A stretch of 63,406 nucleotides of DNA, counting the filler, from Octopus bimaculoides (lineage: Eukaryota), in assembly GCF_001194135.2 (NCBI RefSeq). It is 5 parts of 4 records of this genome, joined end to end, with 100 filler letters (N's around TTAATTAATTAA, not from the genome) between each part and the next. Parts side by side here need not be neighbours in the genome. Positions count along the whole stretch, not along the records: positions 30,469 to 53,440 come from NC_068981.1; 4 more parts are not named here. One strand, written 5' to 3'. Both the position numbers and the translations under genes were made by a program. This document shows, piece after piece, positions 41,862 through 53,095 of the stretch. Position 1 is the stretch's first letter. Each line of letters begins with the position of its first letter. A model generated the notes under the pieces. The model saw only the letters and a program-made list of their open reading frames with translations, had not been told where the DNA came from and did not search any database.

Positions 41862-42165
41862 TTCTGGTACTCTGTCGGTTACAACAACGAGGAATCCAGA
41901 AGATCTAGTCAATGAAACGACCTGCTCATGAAACTAATGTACATGTGGCTGAGCATTCCACAGACATGTGTACCCCTGATGTAGTTCTCAGGGAGATTCA
42001 ATGTGACACAGAATGTGACAAGACTGGTCCTTTGAAATTCAGGTACTACTGAGTGGACTGGAATCGTGTGAAATAAAGTGTCTTGCTCAAGGATGCAATG
42101 CACCACCAGGAATCAAACTCATGACCTTACAGTCTGAATACCATAACGACTAAGCCACACATCTC
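41862..42165 (-). mobile_element. SINE family C, CpG-decayed (further partial copy at 41462-41580)
   Basis: GAAATAAAGTGTCTTGCTCAAGGA...GGAATCAAACTC...CTAAGCCACAC. Confidence 0.85.
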
Positions 42166-42655
42166 ACATAAGCAATATAGAAATGCCATAGGGTCCCAAG
42201 AAGGAAGAACTGCATGTATTGCTTGCTTTGTTTAGGTAGAGTTAGTGTATATAGGTGGAGTGTCATCCCACCAGTGTTTCATATATTCATCCAAATTTAC
42301 TCAGTTCTGCAACCCATAATAATAAAGAGAGGAAAAGAAATCGACGTAACACTAAAATCAATAAATATTAACTAGAGTATTTGCATCAATGAACTCTTAG
42401 AAGTTTAATCCCATGTTTGTTTCTAGCTAGTAATCTCTAGATAGATACTATGTACACTTGAATTGCTATCCTGGGCTCATCAATATGGCCATTAATGTAT
42501 CACTGTTTAAGGACAATACATGTCGTTAATCTACATGCTATTGGAACTTTAATGTACGGAACAAATAATAACTTGTCTCTTTATCAGTTAGTCTATTCTG
42601 AGCAGCATTTATTGATGTTAACTGCTGCTATCTCATTTGGCTGCTTGCCACTAAC

Positions 42656-42716
42656 TGAAGCAGTATTGCTCTGTCAGCATCAAAATCGTCGTCATAAACA
42701 TCATCATCGTCATCAT
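42656..42716 (-). CDS. Candidate 61-nt acidic exon (xDDDDDVYDDDFDADRAILL)
   Basis: Long pyrimidine tract and accacag acceptor, ca|gttagt donor, three CpGs kept in a CpG-poor block; may instead be a decayed (GAT)n tail. Confidence 0.2.
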
Positions 42717-43096
42717 CTGTGGTAGGAATGAAATTAGGAGTGAAGGAAATATTAAAGAAAGAAAAGAAAAAGAATTTATTCTCTCAAATTGTTGAGGTTT
42801 TCAGCAACAATTTTGTATTATTGAAATCATATGAGCTAAAATAGAAAGAGCAGCAAAATAACTTCAAATCATATCCTGCTATCTTAGAAATAGGAAGAAC
42901 ACATTAGATAATGTGGTCAGAGGGCTTTTAATCATAGGTCTGCTCAATTTAGGACTGACCAGAGGATAAACCATCACAACAAAAACCACTAAGTTCCCCA
43001 CCCCTCACCAATTTTAACTTCTGTTACGTGTACAAAAATCAAGACCTCATTTACATTATTTACATTCGGCGAATATTTGTCCTCATCTTGTTTGTT

Positions 43097-43142
43097 AACA
43101 CAACGTTTTGGCTGATATACCCTCCAGCCTTCTTCAGGTGTC
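43097..43142 (-). ncRNA. Type I minimal hammerhead ribozyme motif, inverted copy (single G12-to-A core change)
   Basis: Minus strand: GACAC-CTGAAGA-A-GGCTG-gagggtatat-CAGCC-aAAA-CGT-T-GTGTT. Confidence 0.75.
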
Positions 43143-43300
43143 TTGCCCACAGGCATATGGCATAGTGGTTAAGAGCGCGGGCTACTAACCTCAAGATTCC
43201 GAGTTTGATTCCAAGCAGTGACCTGAACAATAACAATAATAATAATAATAACATCAAAAAATATCTTAGGAATGAGAACCCAGGTTTGAAATTTCCCCAA

Positions 43301-43346
43301 GACACCTGATGATGGCTGGAGAGTATATCAGCTGAAATGTTGTATT
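43301..43346 (+). ncRNA. Type I minimal hammerhead ribozyme motif (CpG-decayed)
   Basis: GACAC-CTGATGA-T-GGCTG-gagagtatat-CAGCt-GAAA-tGT-T-GTaTT. Confidence 0.75.
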
Positions 43347-43487
43347 AACAACAAACAAAATGAGGAAAAATATCCGTCTAATGTAAATAATGTACATAAT
43401 TCCTCATCTCTTAAATATAGAACTGAATCAAGACCTCTTATTCTGTCTTTGTTACTGAAAATGTGTTTATTATCAGGTGTTTGTATT

Positions 43488-43710
43488 AAGGCAGCAAGGT
43501 TGTTGAATCATTAGCATATCAGACAAAATGCTTAGTAGCATTTCATCCATATTTATGTTCTGAGTTAAAATTCCACTCAGGTCAACTTTGTCCGTCATCT
43601 TTTGCAGTCAATAAAATAAGTACCAATTGAGCACTGGGGTCAATGTATTCAACTAGCCCTTTCTCTGAAAATTTCAGACCTTTTGCTTATAGCAGAAAGG
43701 ATTCTTAGGT
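43488..43710 (+). mobile_element. SINE family A, CpG-decayed
   Basis: GGCAGCAAGG...GTTCTGAGTTAAAATTCC...GCACTGGGGTCAATGTA. Confidence 0.85.
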
Positions 43711-43989
43711 GTTTGTATGTATGCATTTGTGTGATATGGAAGATATGACAGCATTAGGGCAGGTGGCTAAATTTTAATTGTATGAAGAGGCTAGCTAATA
43801 TTAAAGAAGACTAACTGTGGTTAGATGTTTCTCAGTTGTGTTTTACAATAACTACCAACATTGAAAAACCCTTGTTTGCCTGGTGGCAAGGAAGGTGATA
43901 ATATTGATGAGGAAGAAGGTAGTGGTGATGATGAAGTAAACTAAACTGATTCGTTAATAAAGTTAACTACTTTGGTTTGCTTAACATTA

Positions 43990-44166
43990 TTAACCCTTTA
44001 GCATTCAGATTATTCTATTAAATGTAAAGCTTATTTATTCACATCATTTTGAATTAATCAAGCATTATCTCATAGCTTTGAGATTTTGATGATGTGAGTA
44101 GGTGCGAGAGGCCAAATCTCGCCAGTTTGAACATAAAATAAGAATATTTGGGCCGGATATGGTTAA
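43990..44166 (-). mobile_element. piggyBac-type MITE, internally deleted
   Basis: TTAACCCTTTAGCATTCAGATTATTCT matches the reverse complement of the 36720-36746 end. Confidence 0.65.
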
Positions 44167-44639
44167 ACTAAATTGATTATGAGCTATTGAGGGAGCTTGT
44201 ATACAGTTGCTCAACCTGAAAGCGATAGTCAAGTCCCTCTCAAATCACACTATTTTGTCTTAAAAGAAAGAAAGGAAACATGCATAGCTACACTGGATAA
44301 TGGAGTAGTACTAAATGGCGGGATGGTCCCTACTGGAATACCATTAGTTGTAGCTATGTTTCAGCAGAGATGAGGTGAGCTTTAGCAACAACATCAACAG
44401 CTATTAACTTGATGAATAAGACTTTGTGAATAACTATCTACACATACATAGATGTTTTGCAAACAACTTGCACATGCAAGTGCTACCAGTCGAAAGCTCC
44501 ACATACCAGAAGCCAGCAAGTGTAGGGGGTCATCAGAAGAGTGCATGCCATTTTGGGGCCTACCTCTTGACAGCATCATTGCACACCGGCCCCCTCACTG
44601 ATATGAGGCCCCACTTGCTAGATCAACTGGTTATCAAAT

Positions 44640-45200
44640 AAAGCTCAATATACTTCTAGCCATTGCTCATTGTCTTCTTTTAACTAAATCTAGTGGCTAA
44701 CCTTTTCCACTGTAGTTTGGATATTGTTTATGGTAGTTTTACTTTACAATGTGTTAGACCTGATGATAGCAACAGTCGCCTCACACTGTCTCCAACAAAT
44801 CATCTACATCTGACTTCAATTGGAAAATGCTCCACTTTCCAGCCTGCGTCTTCACATTCCTCCAGGAGTTTTACATAATGGTCAATCTTTTGAGCCCGAC
44901 TGGCGTCCATGTTCTCTTCATGAGGAACCATTAACTTGATTAGATTCACCACTTTCTTTCTTTCACACCACATTATAATGTCCGGTTTTTTCATAAATGG
45001 GATGGGAAAGAGTCCTTGGCACCCTGGTAAATCTGCAGCCATTCCACTTTTCATTGCTGTGAAATTAGCTCCAATAAAGGCTTTTTCAGTGGCATAGAAT
45101 ATTAAACTGCACTGCTTTCACTGTTATTTAACAGTTCACCAGGATCTGCTGACTTCTTTTCATTGATGCCAAGCTTATGTAGCAAAAGAATGTATATTAA
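44640..45200 (-). mobile_element. HERO-like RLE non-LTR retrotransposon, endonuclease/C-terminal remnant
   Basis: ADLPGCQGLFPIPFMKKPDIIMW.E.KKVVNLIKLMVPHEENMD...GWKVEHFPIEVRCR*FVGDSVRRLL...VEKVSH*I*LKRR; PD..W, ELTVPWE-like and EVGCRGF-like motifs. Confidence 0.8.
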
Positions 45201-45380
45201 AAGAAATATGTACCTTGGCACAACTGATTCACATAATGGTACAAAGTAAATGTGTTGCTAAAAATTAGTGGAGTACTAATACAGAATAGGGTTAGAAATA
45301 AATATCTGGAGTGATGTACATAATTAGTATATGCTTTGAAATAAAGCTCCATGAGGTTATTTTTTCTCTGCTTGACTAAT

Positions 45381-45673
45381 TTAACTCTTTAGCATTTAAT
45401 CTGGCCATATCCTGCCCAGATCATACTTCTCACATCTACCCTACAATGTCATTTTGAAAATATACAATCACATCATTCAAATGTCAACATGAGATGATAA
45501 ATGATTAGTTGAAAACAATCATCATCATTATCATTTTCCCTGCTGGCATGGGTTGAAGAATTTGACTGGAACTGTTAAGGCCATGGGCCTCACCAAACTC
45601 CATTGTCTATTCTATGGCTGAATGCCCTATAAACATTACATTTGACACAGTAATGTGAATACTAAAGGGTTAA
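45381..45673 (+). mobile_element. piggyBac-type MITE with a nested RTE-tail insertion (~45518-45625, minus)
   Basis: TTAACTCTTTAGCATT ... AATACTAAAGGGTTAA. Confidence 0.65.
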
Positions 45674-46053
45674 GGCTTGTTTCACTAATGAATGTCAGTA
45701 TTGTAATTAAAGGTTAATTTTGCTCATAAAACTTAGTCTCCCTTACAAAGGTTAGTGTTGCTAAAGGTGATGAGCTTTGCAAACAGTATGGAGGTTATAT
45801 TTGCTAACAAAGGTTCATTTTCATAAGTTTTGCTAAGTTTTCCAATGTCTAAACATTTTAAAGAAATTTCTTTACAGCAATGGATACTGGCAAATACAGA
45901 CCTGACATGGAATGTATGAGTTTCTGTCTATCATATTTCAATATCTGTTCTGGAAATTCTTTTCATGTTTTTCCGTTTTCTTTACAATGCTACAGTTTTA
46001 CCTTACAAGTTGGCAGCCCGCCCAGTGCTGCTTATCTCTATATAGAATATATA

Positions 46054-46124
<71 letters not shown>

Positions 46125-46699
46125 NNNNNNNNNNNNNNNNNNNNNNNNNNNNNNNNNNNNNNNNNNNNNNNNNNNNNNNNNNNNNNNNNNNNNNNNNNNN
46201 NNNNNNNNNNNNNNNNNNNNNNNNNNNNNNNNNNNNNNNNNNNNNNNNNNNNNNNNNNNNNNNNNNNNNNNNNNNNNNNNNNNNNNNNNNNNNNNNNNNN
46301 NNNNNNNNNNNNNNNNNNNNNNNNNNNNNNNNNNNNNNNNNNNNNNNNNNNNNNNNNNNNNNNNNNNNNNNNNNNNNNNNNNNNNNNNNNNNNNNNNNNN
46401 NNNNNNNNNNNNNNNNNNNNNNNNNNNNNNNNNNNNNNNNNNNNNNNNNNNNNNNNNNNNNNNNNNNNNNNNNNNNNNNNNNNNNNNNNNNNNNNNNNNN
46501 NNNNNNNNNNNNNNNNNNNNNNNNNNNNNNNNNNNNNNNNNNNNNNNNNNNNNNNNNNNNNNNNNNNNNNNNNNNNNNNGTCCATAACACTTGCTTAGTA
46601 TTGCCTGACACTCTTTGGATCTTCTAGATACCAGTACCTTTCAAACCCTCTCTTATATATGCATGTATATGTATATATGTATGTGTATATATGTATGTG

Positions 46700-47935
46700 T
46701 ATGTAAGCTATGGACACATAAGAGGTGCAGAAATATCAAAGGAAAGCTAACTGGGAAGATAGTTTTTGTGTGTGGCAAATGCTCTGGAGCAATAAACACT
46801 GAAAATGTGCAGAGAACAGCTTCCATCACATTCCAGGGCGAAAAACTACAAGTAGTTGATAGCTTCTATTAGCTTGGTGGCCAAGTCAGTAGCGGGGGTG
46901 GATGCTCTGAAAGTGTAGCTGCTAGAATAAGAATAGCCTGGGCAAAGTTCAGAGAGCTCCTACTTCTGCTGGTGACATAGGGACTCTCGCTCAGAGTAAA
47001 AGGTAGACTGTATGACACGTGTGCGAACAGCCATGCTACATGGCAGTGAAACATGGGCCGTGACTGCTGAGGACATGCATAAGCTTGCAAGGAATGAAGT
47101 CAGTATGCTCCGCTGGATGTGTAATGTCAGTGTGCATACACAACAGAGTGTAAGCACCCTGAGAGAAAAGTTGGACTTAAGAAGTATCAGATGTTATGTG
47201 CAAGAGAGATGACTCTGCTGGTATGGTCATGTGTTGCAAACGGATAAGGACAGCTGTGTGAAAAAGTGTCACACCTTAGCAGTTGAGGGAACCTGTGGAA
47301 AAGGTAGACCCAGGAAGACCTGAGATGAGGTGGTGAAGCATGACCTTTGAACATTGGACCTTACCGAGGCAATGACAAGTGACCGAGACCTTTGGAGATG
47401 TGCTGTGCTTGAGAAAACCCAGCAAGCCAAGTGAGACCACAACCGTTGGCTATGCCAGTGCTGTATAACCAGCCCATTTAAGAGTACCCTTCAACCATTG
47501 GACAATAAACTACGCTTGCGAAGACCTGTTGAGACAAGTGAAATTAGTGTTGTGGCCGATGACAGTACCGCCTGATTGGCATCCATGCCAGTGGAATGTT
47601 AAAAGCACCATTTGAGTGTGGTTGATGTCAGTAACACTTGACTGGCCCTCGTGCAGGTGGCATGTAAAAAGCACCATTTGAGCATGGCCGATGTCAGTAA
47701 CACTTGACTGGCCCTCGTGCCGGTGGCATGTAAAAGCACCCACTTCACTCTCGGAGTGGTTGGCATTAGGAAGGGCATCCAGCTGTAGAANNNNNNNNNN
47801 ATTAGGAAGGGCATCCAGCTGTAGAAACTTTGCCAGATCAGATTGGAGCCTGGTGCAGTCTTCTGGCTTGCCAGTCCTCAGTCAAAGCATCCAACATGGA
47901 AAGCGGACGTTAAACAATGACGATGAGGATATGCA
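46700..47935 (+). mobile_element. RTE-clade LINE, 5'-truncated (RT C-terminus, 3' UTR, (GAT)n-like tail)
   Basis: AARIRIAWAKFREL...KGRLYDTCVRTAMLHGSETW...EVSMLRWMCNVS...WYGHV...GRPRKT, with stops and frameshifts. Confidence 0.92.
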
Positions 47936-48889
47936 CAGATATAGTTATGTATATGCATATATATATGTGTGTGTGTGTGTATTATTTAGACTCCAGAGAG
48001 TTTAACAGGGTTAATTCCGTAAAGTTACTCACTCTGAAGAAAGTTATATTGTCTCTGACCGGAATCCAAAATGTCAATCTCTATAAACATCCGTGGCAAG
48101 TATGGAATTGGGAGACATGCCACTCAGAGAAAATGTAGATTGGAGGAAGCATGAAAAGAAAGAAATGAAGAAGAATTTGTTTATTCACTCAAATTGTGAA
48201 GACCTTAGCTTTCAGCACACTTTTATATTATTGATATCATATGAGCTAAACTAAATACTGGAAGGAATTCTAGAAATATTACTCTTAGTTTTGCCTATTT
48301 TACCATTTTTTTTTAAATCTTAGATTATCGTTTGTTTTAGAATCTGTTCATTTTAACATTCAACCTACAAAGCTATTCACAGAAACTGGCTGATAAATTC
48401 TCTCCCCCAACAACCCATCTTTACAACACCTCCCTCTTCTCTCTACCCATGCTCACCATCCACTGTCTTCCCCGCCCCTCCTCTCTATCTTCCATTCACT
48501 CTCACAAACCTACCTGCACACAATTTGTCCCTGTCAAATCTGTTTCCCACAACATATCCTCTCCTAACACTCCTTCCCTCTATCTGTGCCTACTCACCAC
48601 ATCCACCCTTCATCTCCCACTCTTCTTCTGCAATCTCATGAACTCATCTTCTCACCCTCTCCAGCCCCTAGTTCACTTCACTGTATACACCATCCTGTAA
48701 CTTAAGGCATGCCACCCCCCCCCCCGCTCCACCATCTCATCTTCACTATCTTTTCTTTCTCTTCTCTACTTTCCCACTCTCCACCTGATGCAACTATGTT
48801 TCTTCTCTGCTGCAAGAAAACCTTTTTTCTGTTCCCACTACTACTCCCCCATTCAGTCAAGAAGTCTTGTCTTGCCAGCTACTTGGTGA

Positions 48890-49092
48890 CCTCACAGCTG
48901 CTGGTGCAACATAATGAGCATCCAGTACACTCTCTAAAGTGGTTGGCTTTAGGCAGGTCATCCAGCTATAGAAAACATGTCAAAGCAGACAGTAGAGCTT
49001 GGTACAATCTTCTAATGTGCCAGCTCCTGTCAAACTGGCAAACCCATGCCAGCATGGAAAACAGACATTAAATGAGGATGTTGATGATGATG
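48890..49092 (+). mobile_element. RTE-type 3' tail fragment
   Basis: GTGGTTGGCTTTAGG...CATCCAGCTATAGAAA...AACCCATGCCAGCATGGAAA.CAGACATTAAATGA.GATG. Confidence 0.75.
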
Positions 49093-50057
49093 TTTCTGTA
49101 GTTATTTTACTTGCAAATTGGATATAGAATACCTTCTAGCAGTACGACCCAGTCATTTTTCGCAAATAGAAATATGACAATTAGAATCCTTAACGTTTAG
49201 GATGACATGCCCAATATAAAGATTTGTGTAAACATAGCCTGCATGTTGAGCTAACAATTTAGTTTCACCCACATATGCTTGCCAGGCTTCTTATATCAAA
49301 TGAAAATAATAACACTGAAGAGCAAGAGCGGAAAGAGAAAGGACATATTGCACTCGTTCAATGCTGAAAAGTCATGATTTTGTATGAGTTAAGTGGTTTG
49401 GATGTAAATCCCATTGTTGTGGCCTGTGAGCATAGCAGCAACATTTAAAGTCAACCTAGTGACACAAAGCGTGAGTCTAAATTCTTAGGATACCTTCAAA
49501 ATATTAAAAAGAATATTCACATTTGGAATGTCACCTGTGAACGTGTTTTGAGATAGTTTCTTATTTCATTCAGTGAAACAATTATATCTCTATCACTGAA
49601 ATCTCTACTACCTCTAGCTAGTAGGCCACCCATACACCATCTACTTCAAGACCTCCACCTGATCCTAGTAGCATTCAGCTCAAACTCAGTTTCCTCTCCA
49701 CCTGCATTTTCCCTGCAGATCTTTGCTCTGTATCAGGATCACTACTGAAGGAAGACCTGCAAGTGTCATAAGTATGATCTCTTCTCTTAACCAACTTACA
49801 TAAAAAAAAAAAATGAGAACTGTAATGGCTAAATCCTAAATTTCGCATTGACATTCTCCACTTTAAAAATGGCATAGCCATCCATTCCATAGCTCAATCA
49901 TTGATTCAGCCAAATTGAAACACAAAGCATCTTATATCTACATACTATAAGAGTTAGGACCTGATGACAATTGCTTCAAGAGGAACTGTCTCTCTCTCTC
50001 ACCCCCACTCTCTCTCTCTCACTCTGTCATTATGTATGTTGTACTACCATAACAGTG

Positions 50058-50390
50058 AAGGCACGTGGCTCAGTGGTTAGAGTGCCGGGCTCACAATCAT
50101 GAGGTAGTGTGTTTGATACTTTGACCAGGCTGCGTGTTGTGTTCTTGAGCAAGACACTTTTTTTCACAATGCTCCAGTTCACTCAGCTGTAGAAATGAGT
50201 TGCAATGTCATTGGTGCCAAACTGTATCGGTCTTTGCCTTTCCCTTGGATAACATCAGTGGTGTGGAGAGGGGAGGTATGCATGGGTGACTGCTGGTCTT
50301 CCATAAACAACCTTGCCTGGATTTGTGCCTCAGAGGGTAACTTTCTAAGTGCAATCTCATGCCTATTTATGACCGAAGGGGCTTTTTACT
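50058..50390 (+). mobile_element. SINE with family C head/CORE-like body and a different tail
   Basis: GGCACGTGGCTCAGTGGTTAG...GTTCTTGAGCAAGACACTTT...CTCAGCTG then unrelated GAAATGAGTTGCAATGTCA tail. Confidence 0.75.
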
Positions 50391-51000
50391 ACCATAACAC
50401 TGTAGTTACTTCACCAGATTTTTTTAAACTTGACAATATAACATATCTTCTTTCTTGCATTGCTCAAATTTTGACTTAAATTCAAATACTGATTTACTAA
50501 TGAAAGCTAAACACTTTAACTGTATTTTCTAATACTTGTCTGTTTATTTACTTTGTTATTTTTTTCTAACACTTTATTATTTTTTGGTAGGTTTTCTTTT
50601 TATTTCATTTACTTTCCAGTATGTTTTGAAAAACGAAAGAGACAGCTAAAAATCTTGAGTGAAAACAAGAAAATATTAAATTACATAAGTTTATATGGGT
50701 GTGTGAATAGTCCATGTGTAGAAACTTACGTATGTTTATATTGATATGAGTATATAGACATACATATGCATATTTTCACATGTGTAAACGTGATCTATGC
50801 AAACATATATATGCACATATGTATACACATGTGTCTACATATATATGTGTATATGCATGTATGTATACATACATATGTGTGTGTGTGTGTAAATATTTAC
50901 ATGTATAGACACACGTGTATGTACATATGTATATATATGTATATATATGTTTGTATGTGTGTGTATGCATAGACACACTCATGCATACTCATATATGTAC

Positions 51001-51063
<63 letters not shown>

Positions 51064-52560
51064 TGTGTATGTGTGTGTGTATGTGTTTATAGACACATAT
51101 ATCTTGAAACACTTATGCAGAAACTGTGCTAATAAAAATCAATATTAAATCAAGAAATTCTCTCCAATACTCTTATGAAATTTTATTGAATGTATTAAAC
51201 TAAATACAACACGTAACTGGATGTATTGATAGAGGTTTTTCTCTTTTGTATTTTTGTTGTTCTTCTTCTTGATGTTGTTTTTATTATTATTATTGTGATT
51301 ATTATTATTATTATTTCTTTCCCATGCCTCTCTCCACAATTTTAAAACTCTAGAAGGCAGTCAATTTCATGGTAGTGCCTCTTTGCATAATCGGCCAAGT
51401 GGAAAAGTTTACAAAAAGACCCAATTACTGCTGCAATTTCCAACACATAAATAATGCTGGCACTGTTGTTTCTCAGTTATTGGCTGCATGCAAAGATTGT
51501 TTCTCGCTAGAGCTGTAGAAATTTCTATGTGCCAGCTTGTTATCTATTAGTATTCTTGAATAACTTAGTTAACTTGTTGAAGCAAAGTATAAATAAATTG
51601 ATTATGGTGAGCACAAGCTGTAGCCAAGGGAATTCTGATGATTATGGAGCTGTAGCTAAGGGGAATTCTGCAAATGGGTTTTGACCTTCTTTATTTATCT
51701 TTCTCTTTTATTATTAGGCTTTTGCAATATCAATAAACTGAAACAAAATAAGAGCAATGTACATAATTAGGAATGGGTCTGGAAACCCACTTTTATGTCG
51801 CTCAAGTATTCGATTTTTCAGTGGTCAAGCAATAGGTGAAATGTCAAGATCCTGTATTCTTAAGTTTCAAGACTTCTTAAAGTTGTTGCTTGGCTGGATG
51901 CAAAGACTGTTTCCTGCTGGAAGTCAAAAAGCATAAAGATTTCTTTGCACCCACTCATTATGTATCGGTATTCTGAAATAACTTATCTACTCAAGTGTAG
52001 CATAAATAAATTGATTTATGTCAACACAAGCTGTAGCTGGGGAAATTCTGAAGTTGTAATTAGAAATGAAGATAGGATTAGATATTCAGAGTTCAGCCTT
52101 ACAAATGATTGAATTAGGAACTGTTTTCTGGGTTTCAGTGGCAGAGGTATAATGCTGTAATACAATTTATGTTTAACTGGGATCATGATATGATTACTGA
52201 CCCTAAGCAGATATGCACAGACTTTGTACCAGCACTGTAAGACACTGTTGGCAAACATAACAGATTATCATTGGTGGAATTGAAAGCCTGTTTTTTTTAA
52301 TATACTGAAACATACATGTGCCAACAAAAATAGCAGCCAGATATCCCTCAAATTATACCCTGCCATTTTACATATATGAGTATATATTTATAAATATAGG
52401 TGTGTGTGGACTTTTAAAGTCCAATGTAGTGTTGAGCACCTATTCTCATTGCTCAACATTTACGTATGTGTCAATATATATATATTTTTTTCATATATTC
52501 ATATGTGTGTGCATGCATGTAAGCATATGCAATGTGTATATGTATGTGTGTGTGAATGCC

Positions 52561-52600
<40 letters not shown>

Positions 52601-52626
52601 TGTGTGTGTATACAAACACACACAGA

Positions 52627-52975
52627 TGCAGGCATGGCTATGTTGTTAAGAAACTTGCTTCACAACCGTGAGGTCTTGGTTTCAGTCCCCCTTAACAGCC
52701 CTATGCAAGTGTCTTCTACTATACCCTAGGCCAACCAAAACATTGGGAGTGGATGTGGTGGAGGGAAAAGAAAACAAGCTCATCACATATGTGTGTGTGT
52801 GTGTGTGTGTGTATTTGTGTGTTTGTGTCATATAAGCAATGTTATTTGTTACTAGTCTTCTGGTTGTGGGAAATATCTCCATGCTGCAGAAAGGGCATCT
52901 GGCTGTAGATAAATTCTATCTGACCCATGCATGGAAAATGGACATCAGATGATGATGATGATAATGATGATATTT
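52627..52975 (+). mobile_element. SINE with family B head and RTE-like (GAT)n tail
   Basis: GCAAGTGTCTTCTACTATA..C.AGGCCAACCAAA, internal (TG)n, then AAGGGCATCTGGCTGTAG...GACCCATGCATGGAAAATGGACATCAGATGATGATG. Confidence 0.65.
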
Positions 52976-53095
52976 ACATATATATGTGTGTGTGTGTGTA
53001 TGATTCTATATATCTGTGTATATATATGCATGTTTGTGTGTGTTTATATATATATATATAAATGATCATATATAAATGATTATATATATATATCA

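Larger units (their letters stand above)
43049..43425 (+). mobile_element. tRNA-headed, hammerhead-bearing PLE-related non-autonomous element with inverted 5' ribozyme module
   Basis: TSD AATCAAGACCTC at 43037-43048 and 43426-43437; A box TGGCATAGTGG 43158-43168; B box GAGTTTGATTCC 43201-43212; inverted arms 43049-43145 and 43298-43397. Confidence 0.85.

Noticed and set aside
43150-43225. Functional tRNA gene
   Set aside because: Acceptor and anticodon stems are imperfect, and it sits inside a TSD-flanked element, so it is treated as a SINE head.
45140-45175. Minus-strand exon LGINEKKSADP that would splice in frame to 42716
   Set aside because: It overlaps the probable RYTWRHN-like region of the HERO remnant and has a weak donor.
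47765-47827. Direct repeat ATTAGGAAGGGCATCCAGCTGTAGAA around 10 Ns
   Set aside because: Overlapping contig ends, so an assembly artefact.
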